Shown: piece after piece, positions 18,800 to 28,704 of the stretch | Layout of the letters: every line of letters starts with the position of its first letter | Numbering within the stretch: position 1 is the first letter of the stretch | Source: Thermoplasmata archaeon | GTDB taxonomy: Archaea; Thermoplasmatota; Thermoplasmata; Lutacidiplasmatales; UBA184 | Direction: 5' to 3' | Length of the DNA: 64,000 nucleotides | Assembly (NCBI GenBank): GCA_030041175.1 | Contig: JASHOK010000055.1 | Coordinates: forward strand, 4,171-68,170 | The notes under the pieces: model-generated | The model's database searches: none | What the model was told of the DNA's origin: nothing | Seen by the model: the letters and a program-made list of their open reading frames with translations, nothing else | Program-made: the position numbers and the translations under genes

Positions 18800-20443
18800 T
18801 CAGAGGAGGCCGATGACCCGACCCTCGGATGTGAGGTCAATCTGTTCGGACAGAGGCCGCCGGGGGAGCCCGGGCATGGTCTGAATCTCACCGAGATACG
18901 CCACGGTGAAGCCGGCCCCGGCCGACCGGGAGAACCGGCGAACGGTCGGGACAAACCCGGTCGGACGGCCGCGGACCGTCGGGTCGTCGGACAACGAGAG
19001 GGGCGTCTTCGCGACACAGACCGGGCCCTCGGCCTCCTGGATTCGCCGGAGCATCGCGAGAGTTTCCTGGGCCGCCGGGGCGATCGTCAGGCCCGCGCCA
19101 CCGTAAATCTGCCGAACGATCATCTCAACCGCAGCCTCGATGGAGGTCGTCGGAGGATAGAGCGCACGAGAGTGGCCTCCCCGTCCGCAGACCTCTACGA
19201 CCTTCGCGGCCACGTCCGACGCCCCCTTTGCCCCGTCCACGAACGCGGTGGACTCGGCGTAGGCCAGGTGCCGCTCCTCGCAGAACGCCTTCAGCAATCC
19301 GAGCTCCTCTGCGGTGTCGCCGGGGAATCGGTTCGCCACCACAACGGGCTCGATGCCTAGCGTCCGGAGATTGCCCACGTGCTGCTCGAGGTTGGGGAGG
19401 CCGCGGGACACCGCGGCCGGGTCCGGGAGCGAGTCCCGGTCATCGGGGACCCCGCCATGATACCGGAGTCCACGTAGAGTAGCGACGAGGACAGCGCCCG
19501 CAACGTCGAACCCGGCGAGCCGACCGACGATGTCCACGAACTTTTCCGCTCCGAGGTCCGTCGCAAATCCGGCCTCGACGACACAGTAGTCCGCCGTGGC
19601 TAGGCCTAGCTCAATCGAAAGACGGCTGCAAGTGCCGTGAGCAATGTTGGCGAAGGGTCCCCCGTGGATGAGCGCGGGTGTCCCATCTCCGGTCTGGAGC
19701 AGATTCGGTTCGAGCGCGAATCGGAGAAGGGCGGCGGCCGCCCCGGCAGCTTTGAGGTCCTCCACGCGCACAGGCTCTCCGGTCTTCCGGAATCCCAACA
19801 GAATGCGGCCGATCCGCGCCTTCAGGTCCGCGTAGTCCTGCGCGAGTCCCAGGACCGCTGTGATCTCCGAGGCGGCGGCGATGACGAAGCTCCCGGGTTG
19901 TGGCGGCTCGCGGGGCCCGCCCTGAGCGCTGGTGACGATCTGGCGCAGCGGGCGATCCTCGACGTCCAGCGTGCGGGGCCAGAGCCGAACGCTGCCGTCG
20001 ATGCCAAGGGGATTCCCTTGGAAGATGTGGTTGTCGAAAACGGCGGCGATCAGGTTGTGGGCGGCAGCAATCGCGTCCAGGTCGCCCGTCAATCCGAGGT
20101 TGATGGTCTCCGCGGGCTCGACGGTGGCCTGGCCCCCTCCCGCAGCGCCACCCTTGATTCCGAAGACCGGTCCCAGCGAGGGCTGCCGAAGGCAGACCAC
20201 TGCACGGTAGCCCGCCAGGCGGAGCGCCATCGCGACCGCGATCGAGGTCACGGTCTTGCCCTCGCCGTGCTTCGTCGGAGTCATCGCCGAAACCAGGACG
20301 ATCCTTCCGCGGCGTGAACCAGCCGCCAGAGACCGGACCAACCCGACCGGGACCTTCAGGGCCTCTCCACGGTACGGTCGGAGGTCCGACGGAGTGAGAC
20401 CAAGGTCCTGGGCCACGTCGTCGATAGGTCGCACCGTGCTCAC
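18800..20443 (-). CDS. fhs: formate--tetrahydrofolate ligase
   Basis: TPTKHGEGKTVTSIAV P-loop region and VEPAETINLGLTGDLDAIAAAHNL. Start proposed at the GTG (VSTVRPIDD). An in-frame ATG also exists at 20557. Confidence 0.85.
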   Translation of the reverse strand: MSTVRPIDDVAQDLGLTPSDLRPYRGEALKVPVGLVRSLAAGSRRGRIVLVSAMTPTKHGEGKTVTSIAVAMALRLAGYRAVVCLRQPSLGPVFGIKGGAAGGGQATVEPAETINLGLTGDLDAIAAAHNLIAAVFDNHIFQGNPLGIDGSVRLWPRTLDVEDRPLRQIVTSAQGGPREPPQPGSFVIAAASEITAVLGLAQDYADLKARIGRILLGFRKTGEPVRVEDLKAAGAAAALLRFALEPNLLQTGDGTPALIHGGPFANIAHGTCSRLSIELGLATADYCVVEAGFATDLGAEKFVDIVGRLAGFDVAGAVLVATLRGLRYHGGVPDDRDSLPDPAAVSRGLPNLEQHVGNLRTLGIEPVVVANRFPGDTAEELGLLKAFCEERHLAYAESTAFVDGAKGASDVAAKVVEVCGRGGHSRALYPPTTSIEAAVEMIVRQIYGGAGLTIAPAAQETLAMLRRIQEAEGPVCVAKTPLSLSDDPTVRGRPTGFVPTVRRFSRSAGAGFTVAYLGEIQTMPGLPRRPLSEQIDLTSEGRVIGLL

Positions 20444-20486
20444 GCCCCTCGGCGACCGCGCTTGGGAGTGCGTCGGTACAGAAGCG

Positions 20487-21032
20487 TCACCCCGACACAG
20501 CGTCGAGGATGGTGCGGGAAGCGGCGACCGCTTCGTCCTCCGTCCATGCCTGCACAATGAAGTACCAGCCGAGTACCAGGAGCAGCAGTAGGTTCGGGTC
20601 GCTGCGGCCCTCCGGACTGACGCTGACCAAGCCGCCCGCGAGCCGTGCCTCCTCTCGAACCGGCTCGAAGCTCGCGAGCTCCTTGCCAGCCGCGCTCTGA
20701 AACTCCCACGCCGGGATCCAGAAACCTGTACGGGCCCACCGGTACACCGTTCCGTCCGAAAGCTGAGCCAGGCTCTGGCTCACGTGCACATGGAGCTCGG
20801 CCACCGGCTTGCCCGAATCGGCGTCGTGGACGGCCACGATGGGCCGAACGAATCCATGCCGGCGGAGCGTCCACTTCACTCCCGCTCCCTCGGCGACCGC
20901 GAGTGACTCGACCGGCCGATCCCACCGCAAGGTCGCAATCGGATCCTTCCCAGACTCCAAGTGGTACGAGTGGGCCTCCGGCCCCCTTGTCCAGCGGAGC
21001 CCTTCCATCTCGGCGGCGGACAGCGGCTGCAT
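20487..21032 (-). CDS. hypothetical protein
   Basis: Codon-biased ORF upstream of fhs; start taken at MQPLSAAEM. No recognisable domain. Confidence 0.35.
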   Translation of the reverse strand: MQPLSAAEMEGLRWTRGPEAHSYHLESGKDPIATLRWDRPVESLAVAEGAGVKWTLRRHGFVRPIVAVHDADSGKPVAELHVHVSQSLAQLSDGTVYRWARTGFWIPAWEFQSAAGKELASFEPVREEARLAGGLVSVSPEGRSDPNLLLLLVLGWYFIVQAWTEDEAVAASRTILDAVSG

Positions 21033-21160
21033 ATGGCTAGCGCGTTCCCACGGACCGCGCGGGCAAAAAGGCCACGGTAGGCGGCCCGGGGGCCCCGCCC
21101 GCCCCGGACCCCCAGCCCTCCTCCACCCTTGGCTGCTCGGGAGGAGCGGACCCCTCCCCC

Positions 21161-21240
21161 AATAGACTCTGCATGTCAACACGTAGCAAATGGAGCCCAA
21201 TATATGCGTCTATATTCTATACTCATGTCCTACATATATT
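21161..21240 (+). promoter_or_regulatory. 80-bp AT-rich island with three TATA-like elements (aatatatg, tctatattc, tacatatatt), 23 nt upstream of the AbrB-PhoU regulator ATG
   Basis: A sharp drop in GC (to roughly 35%) inside an about 70% GC genome. Positioned for an archaeal TATA/BRE promoter of the pst locus regulator. Confidence 0.55.
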
Positions 21241-21262
21241 CCGGTTCCCTCGCTCCGGCGAG

Positions 21263-22513
21263 ATGGATGAACCAAGCAGCGCTCGGACTCGGTCGGCGAG
21301 TCCGTGGACCCCCTCCTCGCTCGTGGAGGAGGATGACAGAGCAAACCTCGCCCGAAGACTCCAACGGATGGGCACCGTGACGATCGGTGTTTCCCTGCCT
21401 CGAGAGTGGGTCGGTACCCGCAACCTCTCGGTCGGCAGCACGGTGTTCCTGCGCGCACTGGCCGATGGGTCCTTGCTCATTCAGGACCGGGACCCCTCCC
21501 TCGACCGGGCCTCTGTGGAGGTCCTCGTTCAGCCGGATCGTTCCCGGGAGCATACCTTCCGGGACCTCGTGGCGGCGTACCTTGCCGGCGCCCGGGAATT
21601 CGTGATCCGGGAGAAGGACGGCATTACCCCGGAGACCATGGCGGTCGCCAAGACCTTCGCACGGCGTACCCTCCAGCCCGAGATTGTCTCGGAGGACCGG
21701 GGGGTCCTCGTGCTGCGGGACGTTTCGCGGGGTGCTGAGCTCGACGTCGTGCCACTCCTCCGGCGGATGTTTCAGATCGTCCTGGGGCTGCAGCAGGAAG
21801 CCGCGCGCACCTGGTCCGAACCGGACCGGTGGCGAGGCACTCGGTGGGAGCAGCGGGACGACGAGGTCGACCGACACGCTTGGTTGATCGAGCGCATCCT
21901 GGCCCTCCGTCTCGCGGGTGCCGTTCCGGGAGCCGACGGAGGCTCCCCGACGGACCGCCCATTGCAGACTCTCATCCTGGTGCGGTCCCTCGAACGGATC
22001 GGCGACCACGCCGTCCAGATCGCCGACCAGGGCCTCCGGTGGGCTGAAACGTCCCCTCCCGACCGCGTAGTGCGCCCCGTCTCGGAGTTCCATGGCCAAG
22101 TGATGGACCAGCTCCGGGCGGCCTTCCGCGTGGCGTCTGAGGAACGAGACGCCCTCCACGCCAACGACGTGATCGATGTCGGGGAGGCGCTTCACGCCAC
22201 CTATACGACGCTGACCGAGGGCTTGTTCACTCGGAGCGCGGGGACCGGACTTTCGGCTCTTGCGGCCGTCCCCCTCGGGCTGATCCTCCAATCCATAGAC
22301 CGGACGGTGTCGTATGCCCAGGACATCGCCGAAGTCGGACTGGACCGGAGCACCGTCGTTTCCATCGAGGACGGCGCGGCTGCGGCGAATCCGTCCGCAA
22401 TTCCCCCCACCCCTCGGACGCCCCGAGGCACCCCTCGAGCACCGAGCCGGGTGGGCGGACCCCTTAACGCGCCACGGAATCGAAGGAGAAAACAGGAGAA
22501 GGAACCAGAATGA
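21263..22513 (+). CDS. phosphate uptake regulator (N-terminal AbrB/SpoVT swapped-hairpin domain fused to tandem PhoU domains)
   Basis: TVTIGVSLPREWVG AbrB-like N-terminus followed by PhoU-like helical repeats (ERIGDHAVQIADQ). Sits immediately upstream of pstS. Confidence 0.7.
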   Translation: MDEPSSARTRSASPWTPSSLVEEDDRANLARRLQRMGTVTIGVSLPREWVGTRNLSVGSTVFLRALADGSLLIQDRDPSLDRASVEVLVQPDRSREHTFRDLVAAYLAGAREFVIREKDGITPETMAVAKTFARRTLQPEIVSEDRGVLVLRDVSRGAELDVVPLLRRMFQIVLGLQQEAARTWSEPDRWRGTRWEQRDDEVDRHAWLIERILALRLAGAVPGADGGSPTDRPLQTLILVRSLERIGDHAVQIADQGLRWAETSPPDRVVRPVSEFHGQVMDQLRAAFRVASEERDALHANDVIDVGEALHATYTTLTEGLFTRSAGTGLSALAAVPLGLILQSIDRTVSYAQDIAEVGLDRSTVVSIEDGAAAANPSAIPPTPRTPRGTPRAPSRVGGPLNAPRNRRRKQEKEPE

Positions 22514-23706
22514 GCGCACCAAACCAACAGAGCGAGACGATTCAGAGCAAGGGGTCCAGCCGAACCGGCTGGTACGCCGCGGTTGCGGTGATCATCGTTG
22601 TGATCATCCTGTTCGCGGGACTGTACGCTGCCGGCTACATCGGCAAGAAGACCACGACCCCGTCGGGCCCTGGAGCGTGTACGAGTGTCACAATCCTGGG
22701 CGCGGGCTCGACCTTTGTGGAACAGCTACAGGACGAGTGGGCGTCGGTCTACAAGACCGGCTCCGTGGACTATGACGCGGTCGGCAGCGGTGCCGGTATC
22801 TCCGACATCACGGCCAAGACCGTGACCTATGGAGCGAGTGACGCACCGTTGAACACCACCCAAGCCGCCGCTGCGCCCGGGCTCCTAACGATGCCCGAGA
22901 CGGCGGGTGCAGTTGCGGTGATTTTCAACCTGCCGGGCGTTAGCTTCCCCCTCGGCTACTCCCTGAACGTCACCGGGCAGATCCTCGCGGCGATCTACCT
23001 CGGCACCATCTCAACGTGGAACAACTCGGCCCTGGTCGCGCTGAACCCGAAGCTCGCCGACGTCAACCAGACGATTGCGGTCTACCACCGGTCCGATGGA
23101 AGCGGAACGAGCTACGCCTTCACGCAGTTCCTCTCGGACAGCAACGCGACCTGGAAGAACACCATTGGCTACAGCACCCTTCCCAACTGGCCGGCCACCC
23201 CCTTGGGCGGCGGTGAAAAGGGTAGCTCGGGGATTGCGGGAACCGTCAAGATCACCCCGTACTCGCTTGGGTACGTCGATCTCGGCGAAGCCGCGTCCAA
23301 CGTCATCTCGTACGCCGCAGTGGAGAACCCCTCCGGAAAGTTCGTGATCCCGACGGTCAACGACACGGCCTCGGCCATCTCGGACATCCTGGCGACGGTA
23401 ACCCTCCCCGCGGGCAGTGCGAGCTGGGCGGACGTGTCGATGATCAACGCGCCGGGCGCCAAGGACTACCCGCTCGCGACGTTCTCGTACATGCTGTTCT
23501 ACCAGGCGGCCAACGACAACCCCGTGATCACCAGCTCATCCTACGCCTCGACGTTCGCGAACTGGTTGAACTGGACCGTCACCAAGGGTCAGTCCTACTC
23601 GGGCCAGCTGTACTACATCCCACTCCCCTCCTCCGTCGTGACGGCGGACCAGACGACCATCGCGTCGATGACCTACAACGGGGCCGCGATCGCGTCGTGC
23701 ACGTAG
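22510..23706 (+). CDS. pstS: phosphate ABC transporter substrate-binding protein PstS
   Basis: N-terminal membrane anchor. GAGSTFVEQL...AVGSGAGISD and DGSGTSYAFTQFL PstS motifs. Confidence 0.9.
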   Translation: MSAPNQQSETIQSKGSSRTGWYAAVAVIIVVIILFAGLYAAGYIGKKTTTPSGPGACTSVTILGAGSTFVEQLQDEWASVYKTGSVDYDAVGSGAGISDITAKTVTYGASDAPLNTTQAAAAPGLLTMPETAGAVAVIFNLPGVSFPLGYSLNVTGQILAAIYLGTISTWNNSALVALNPKLADVNQTIAVYHRSDGSGTSYAFTQFLSDSNATWKNTIGYSTLPNWPATPLGGGEKGSSGIAGTVKITPYSLGYVDLGEAASNVISYAAVENPSGKFVIPTVNDTASAISDILATVTLPAGSASWADVSMINAPGAKDYPLATFSYMLFYQAANDNPVITSSSYASTFANWLNWTVTKGQSYSGQLYYIPLPSSVVTADQTTIASMTYNGAAIASCT

Positions 23707-23752
23707 AGGCGAGTTCAGCTAGGTAGACACGCCAGGCCGGGATTCTGCGTCG

Positions 23753-24754
23753 ATGCTCCGAGGCGCGCGGACTCCCGGCCGAACCTTTTCCAGTCGGCTA
23801 CGACGGGCCCTCGACCTGGGCTTCATGGGCCTCACGCTCGCGGTGGCCGTCGGAATCCTCGCTCTGCTCACGGCGTTCGTCCTAGTGCTCATCCACGGAG
23901 CCCAGCTGTCCATCGCTCGATTCGGCATCTCCCTCCTGGGCAACCCGCACTGGAACCCGAGTGCGAATGTGCTGGGTCTTCTCCCCTTCATCATCGGAAC
24001 GCTCCTTACGTCGGCGATTGCACTCATCATCGCGGTGCCGCTCAGCATCGGCATCGCGGTGTTCCTGTCGGAGCTGACCCCCCGATGGATCTCGGAGCCG
24101 TTCGGATACCTGGTGGAGCTGCTCGCCGCGGTACCGTCCGTGATCTTCGGCGTCTGGGGGATCTTCATCCTGATCCCGTTCATGCGTACGACAATCGACC
24201 CTGCGCTCGAGAAGTGGAATCTCTCGTTCAACCGACTGCTCCACGTGAACGTTCCCGTCTTCACGGGCCCGATCCTCGGTTCGGGGGTGCTGACCGCCGG
24301 CGTGATCCTGGCGATCATGATCATTCCAACGATCTCGGCCATCAGCCGGGAGGCCCTCCGGGCCGTCCCGCAGCAGCAACGGGAGGCCGCGCTGGGCCTC
24401 GGGGCCACTCACTGGGAGAGTACGCGCATCTCGGTGCTGAGCTACGCGCGCATCGGCATCGTGGGCGCGGTCATCCTCGGATTGGGACGAGCGGTCGGAG
24501 AAACGATGGCCGTTACGATGGTCATCGGCAACTCGAACTTCATCCCGCGGAGCCTCTTCGACCAGGGGCAGACGATCGCGAGCCTCATCGCCAACGACTT
24601 CCTCTCGGAGTACAGCTCTCCGCTCGCCGCGAGCGCCTTCATCGAAGCCGCCCTCGTGCTTCTGGTGATCACACTCGCGATCAACGTCGGTGCCCGCATC
24701 CTGGTCTGGCGACTGGTGGCCCGGGGCGGCGGAGGAGGGGCGAATGAAATTTAA
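23753..24754 (+). CDS. pstC: phosphate ABC transporter permease PstC
   Basis: Multi-TM protein with an EAA-like loop (ISREALRAVPQQQREAALGLGAT). Confidence 0.85.
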   Translation: MLRGARTPGRTFSSRLRRALDLGFMGLTLAVAVGILALLTAFVLVLIHGAQLSIARFGISLLGNPHWNPSANVLGLLPFIIGTLLTSAIALIIAVPLSIGIAVFLSELTPRWISEPFGYLVELLAAVPSVIFGVWGIFILIPFMRTTIDPALEKWNLSFNRLLHVNVPVFTGPILGSGVLTAGVILAIMIIPTISAISREALRAVPQQQREAALGLGATHWESTRISVLSYARIGIVGAVILGLGRAVGETMAVTMVIGNSNFIPRSLFDQGQTIASLIANDFLSEYSSPLAASAFIEAALVLLVITLAINVGARILVWRLVARGGGGGANEI

Positions 24755-25607
24755 CCGGGATGGCCGCCGTCGGATCTTCAACTGGGTCGTGAGCGGACTC
24801 TGCTTCCTCTGTGTCGTTGCTGCGCTGATCCCGCTCCTGAGCATCATTTACACGGCCGTGATCAACGGAGGCCGCGTCCTGAGTTTCAACTTCCTGGTCG
24901 CACCCCTCTCGTTCGGGTTCTGCACACCGGGTGTCAGTTGCTACGGAGGCATCGGGCCGGCGCTAGCAGCGACCCTGATCGTCGTGGGCATCGCGTCCGG
25001 TATTTCCGTTCCGACGGGCGTTCTGGCGGGAATCTACCTCTCAGAGTATGGGAAGAACCGGCTCGGGCGATCCATCAGTTTCTTCACCGACGTGATGACC
25101 GGCTCGCCGTCGATCGTGGTCGGGCTGTTCGTCTACGCGGCCTTCGTCTACTTCGAACCCCGACTGGCCTTCAGTGCCCTATCGGGCTCCGTGGCGCTCG
25201 CGGTGATCATGATCCCCATCGTGACGCGGACGACCGAGGAGGGGCTCCGTCTAGTCCCGAACGCGCTTCGGGAAGGCGCCTACGCACTCGGAATCCCCCG
25301 ATACCGGGCCGTGGTGCAGATCGTGCTCAGTACCGGCCGGAGCGTCGTGATCACCGGGGTGGTGCTCGCGGTGATGCGGGCGGCGGGCGAGGTAGCGCCG
25401 CTCCTGCTCACGGCCTTCTGGAACAACAATGGGTTCACCGGCATCAACCAGCCGGCCGGTCTCCTCGGGCCGCTCATCTACATGGACGCGGAGAGCCCGT
25501 CGCCCTATCTCGTCGCCGCGGCGTGGGGCGCCTCGCTCATTCTGATCCTGCTCATGCTCGGAATCAGCCTGGCCGCCCGGATCGCGTTGCGCAAACGTTT
25601 CACGTAG
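24744..25607 (+). CDS. pstA: phosphate ABC transporter permease PstA
   Basis: Multi-TM protein with a permease loop (TTEEGLRLVPNALREGAYALG). Start taken at MKFNR, overlapping pstC by 11 nt. Confidence 0.8.
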   Translation: MKFNRDGRRRIFNWVVSGLCFLCVVAALIPLLSIIYTAVINGGRVLSFNFLVAPLSFGFCTPGVSCYGGIGPALAATLIVVGIASGISVPTGVLAGIYLSEYGKNRLGRSISFFTDVMTGSPSIVVGLFVYAAFVYFEPRLAFSALSGSVALAVIMIPIVTRTTEEGLRLVPNALREGAYALGIPRYRAVVQIVLSTGRSVVITGVVLAVMRAAGEVAPLLLTAFWNNNGFTGINQPAGLLGPLIYMDAESPSPYLVAAAWGASLILILLMLGISLAARIALRKRFT

Positions 25608-25625
25608 CCAAGGAGAGCGAACGAC

Positions 25626-26426
25626 GTGCAGGGAGAGGCGTTTGGCAAGTCCACTCAACTGAATCACGATGCGTCGCCGGCGAAGATGTCGGTGGCCGGC
25701 CTCTCCGCCTACTACGGGAAGAAGAAGGCCATCTCCAACGTTTCTCTCGATTTCCGGCAGAACAGCGTGACGGCCATCATCGGTCCGTCGGGTTGCGGGA
25801 AGTCCACCCTGATCCGGTGCCTCAACCGGATGCACGAGGTCACGCCGGGTGGCTGGGTGGAGGGGAAGGTCCTCTTGGACGGGGAGGATATCCTCGACCA
25901 GGACCCGGTGTCGGTCCGCCGTCGGATCGGGATGGTCTTCCAGAAGCCGAACCCGTTCCCCACAATGTCGGTCTATGACAACGTCGCGGCGGGGCTCCGG
26001 CTCAACGGGGTCCGCAAACGCGAGATCCTCGACGCGGCCGTGTTGCGGAGCCTGAAGCAGGCGGCGCTCTGGGACGAGGTCAAGGAGAACGTGCACGGCT
26101 CCGGGAACCGGCTCTCGGGCGGACAACAGCAGCGGCTGTGCATCGCCCGAGCACTGGCCATCGAGCCCGAGGTTATCCTGATGGACGAGCCGTGTTCCGC
26201 CCTCGACCCGATCGCGACCGCGAAGATCGAGGACCTGATCTTCGACCTCCAAAAGACCTACACCGTCGTGATCGTGACCCACAACATGCAGCAGGCGGCG
26301 CGGGTGGCGGAGTATACCGCGTTCATGTACCTGGGCGAACTCATCGAGTTCGACCGAACGAAGAAGATCTTCGAGCAGCCGGCGCAGAAACTGACCGAGA
26401 ATTACATCACCGGGAGGTTTGGATAA
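25626..26426 (+). CDS. pstB: phosphate ABC transporter ATP-binding protein PstB
   Basis: Walker [10 protein letters not shown], signature LSGGQQQRL, Walker [12 protein letters not shown]. Confidence 0.9.
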   Translation: MQGEAFGKSTQLNHDASPAKMSVAGLSAYYGKKKAISNVSLDFRQNSVTAIIGPSGCGKSTLIRCLNRMHEVTPGGWVEGKVLLDGEDILDQDPVSVRRRIGMVFQKPNPFPTMSVYDNVAAGLRLNGVRKREILDAAVLRSLKQAALWDEVKENVHGSGNRLSGGQQQRLCIARALAIEPEVILMDEPCSALDPIATAKIEDLIFDLQKTYTVVIVTHNMQQAARVAEYTAFMYLGELIEFDRTKKIFEQPAQKLTENYITGRFG

Positions 26427-27157
26427 TGCCCACGGCCGTCGAGCGAAAGGCGCTCTCCGAGGCGCTCGAACACCTCAATGAGAACATGCGCACCATGTCG
26501 GAGCTCGCCGTCCTGGCGATCCGAAAGGCCGTCGAGGCGCTGGAGAAGGGCCGCAGCCATGACGCCGACGAAGTCTTCACCCTCGACCAGGAGATCTACG
26601 GTCTCAAGCAGAAGATCGAGCACTCCTGCATTGAGCTCATCGCCCTGTACGCTCCCGTGGCGAGCGACCTCCGGACGATCACCGCCTCCCTCGAGATCAC
26701 CACGGACCTGGACCGCATCGGGCGCTACTCCAAGGACATCGCCGAAGCGGCGGAGAAGCTCCGGGGGATGAGCCGGGAGAGCCTCGGGAAGGTGGGAAAC
26801 CTGACCCGGATGGCCGACCTCACGATCCAGATGATCGAGACGTCGGTCAACGCCTTCGCGCAGCGCCAGGCGGAGCCGGTCCGGGACATCGTCCGCACCG
26901 ACGACGCGATCGATGCCCTGCACGACGAGGTCTTTCAGGAACTCGTCGAGAAGATGACCGACCAGTCGGTTTCGCCGCGAGTCGGCGCCCAGTACATCCT
27001 CATCAACCGCTATTTCGAGCGGCTCGCCGACCACGCGGTCAACATCGGTCTGGACGTGATCTACATGATCACCGCCGAGCGGCCCATCAAAACGAAGCGG
27101 CGGGACGCGACTCCCCGGGGCACCGAGCCCGCTGCGTCGTCCACCGGAACCAGCTAG
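26426..27157 (+). CDS. phoU: phosphate signalling complex protein PhoU
   Basis: Two PhoU repeats (DLDRIGRYSKDIAE, NRYFERLADHAVNI). ATG overlaps the pstB stop (TAATG). Confidence 0.85.
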   Translation: MPTAVERKALSEALEHLNENMRTMSELAVLAIRKAVEALEKGRSHDADEVFTLDQEIYGLKQKIEHSCIELIALYAPVASDLRTITASLEITTDLDRIGRYSKDIAEAAEKLRGMSRESLGKVGNLTRMADLTIQMIETSVNAFAQRQAEPVRDIVRTDDAIDALHDEVFQELVEKMTDQSVSPRVGAQYILINRYFERLADHAVNIGLDVIYMITAERPIKTKRRDATPRGTEPAASSTGTS

Positions 27158-27178
27158 GGCCGTCGGAACGGAAGCTCC

Positions 27179-28690
27179 ATGGGCCGACCCGGTGCCCCGC
27201 TCGTACCGCGGTCCCTGCGGCGGGCACTGACTGAAACCGGGCCGATCGGCTCCACCACGCATCAGCTCTCGGTCCGCCTCGAGACGCCGGAATCCGAATT
27301 GGACGCCCTCCTGGAGCGTCTGGCCCTCCACGGGGACGTCGTCCGGATCGGCCGGGGGCTCTGGCTCCTCGCAGCCTACGCGGAGCTCGACCGGCGGGAG
27401 GATTTCCATGCTCCCGAAGAGTATGTCGAACGCTTCGCACACGAGAACGGAGTGGTCCTCGGCCGGTACGAGGGGCCGATCACCTTCTCCGACAACACGG
27501 TAGCCCCAGTCCATCGGTGGTGGCCCTATGTGCAGGGTTTTTCCGCCGACTTCGTGGCCGGCGTCCTCCAGGACGAAGGGCTGAGTCCCGGCTCGACCGT
27601 GCTGGACCCATTCGCCGGCAGTGGAACCACCCTCGTCGAGGCGCGGAGAGCGGGTCATCGTCCCTGGGGGACGGAGCTGCTGCCACCGGCGGCGCTGGCC
27701 GCCCGGGTGAAGACGCGTTTCGAGCTGCCGAGTGCCCGGCTGCTCTCCCAAGCCCGGACGGTCCTCCGAACTGCCGCCCGTCGGACGCCGTCTTCGGTGC
27801 CCTTCCTACGGGAGACCTCTCGGCAGTTTCTGGCCGCCACCCTCCGTGACCTGACGCGGCTGCGGGACGCGCTCCCGGGCGCCACCGACCCGATGAGCGA
27901 AGCGCTGCGTGTGGCGTTCGGCCGCATACTGATTCCCGTGAGTCGGCTCCGTCGGTCCCCGTGCTTGGGCTACGGTCGGCCGGACGCGGACCAGCCGCGG
28001 GATCCGTTCACCGAGTTCCGGAACGCGGTTGACGAAATGGCTCAGGACCTGGACTTCCTGACGCAATCCCGTTCGCGCTGGGGCCCGGCCGGCCACGTCT
28101 GGCAGCGCGACGCTCGGAACCTGGATCTACCCCCCAGCTCGGTCGACCTCGCGGTGACCAGCCCGCCCTACGTCAACGGCATGGACTACGTGAACAACTA
28201 CAAGCTCGACCTCGCCTGGCTCGGGTACGCGAAGGGGTATGCCGACCTGCGGCGACTTCGCGAAGCCCTGGTGGCCTGCGACAATCTCGGCCGCGCGGCG
28301 GTCCGGCCCCATCTGGGCACGGACGATGTGCCGGACCGGTGGCTCCGGGAGATTCTCCGGCAAATCCGGAGCAACGTGGACCAGAAACGAAGTTATCGTA
28401 GAGACGACGCCCACGGAGTGGTCAAGCGATACTTCTTGGACCTCCGGCCGGTGCTTGCCGCCGTGTACCGTGCACTCCGGCCCGGGGGCCGCTTCCGATT
28501 GGTCGTGGGCGACTCGCTCCTCGCGGGCACCTACGTTCCCGGCGACCTGTTGACGGCTCGACTGGGCGCCGACGTCGGGTTTCACATCACCGCCGTCGAC
28601 ATCGCTCGGCGCCGGTGGTCCGGACAACGGCGCGATTTCCCGCTTCGAGAGACGGTCGTCACTCTGCAACGTCCGGTGGGAGACTCGTAG
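27179..28690 (+). CDS. site-specific DNA methyltransferase (N6-adenine/N4-cytosine class) with an N-terminal winged-helix region
   Basis: SAM motif I VLDPFAGSGTT preceded by a HRWWPY...FSADFV block, and catalytic motif IV SPPY (in LAVTSPPYVNGMDY) about 185 aa downstream. The order I then IV with an intervening TRD-sized region indicates an alpha-class enzyme. Confidence 0.7.
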   Translation: MGRPGAPLVPRSLRRALTETGPIGSTTHQLSVRLETPESELDALLERLALHGDVVRIGRGLWLLAAYAELDRREDFHAPEEYVERFAHENGVVLGRYEGPITFSDNTVAPVHRWWPYVQGFSADFVAGVLQDEGLSPGSTVLDPFAGSGTTLVEARRAGHRPWGTELLPPAALAARVKTRFELPSARLLSQARTVLRTAARRTPSSVPFLRETSRQFLAATLRDLTRLRDALPGATDPMSEALRVAFGRILIPVSRLRRSPCLGYGRPDADQPRDPFTEFRNAVDEMAQDLDFLTQSRSRWGPAGHVWQRDARNLDLPPSSVDLAVTSPPYVNGMDYVNNYKLDLAWLGYAKGYADLRRLREALVACDNLGRAAVRPHLGTDDVPDRWLREILRQIRSNVDQKRSYRRDDAHGVVKRYFLDLRPVLAAVYRALRPGGRFRLVVGDSLLAGTYVPGDLLTARLGADVGFHITAVDIARRRWSGQRRDFPLRETVVTLQRPVGDS

Positions 28691-28704
28691 CGCCGGAGGG
28701 ATGG

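Noticed and set aside
26138-26425. 5' extension of the phoU ORF
   Set aside because: Overlaps the pstB coding region in another frame. The PhoU homology starts at MPTAVERK (26426), with a TAATG overlap with the pstB stop.
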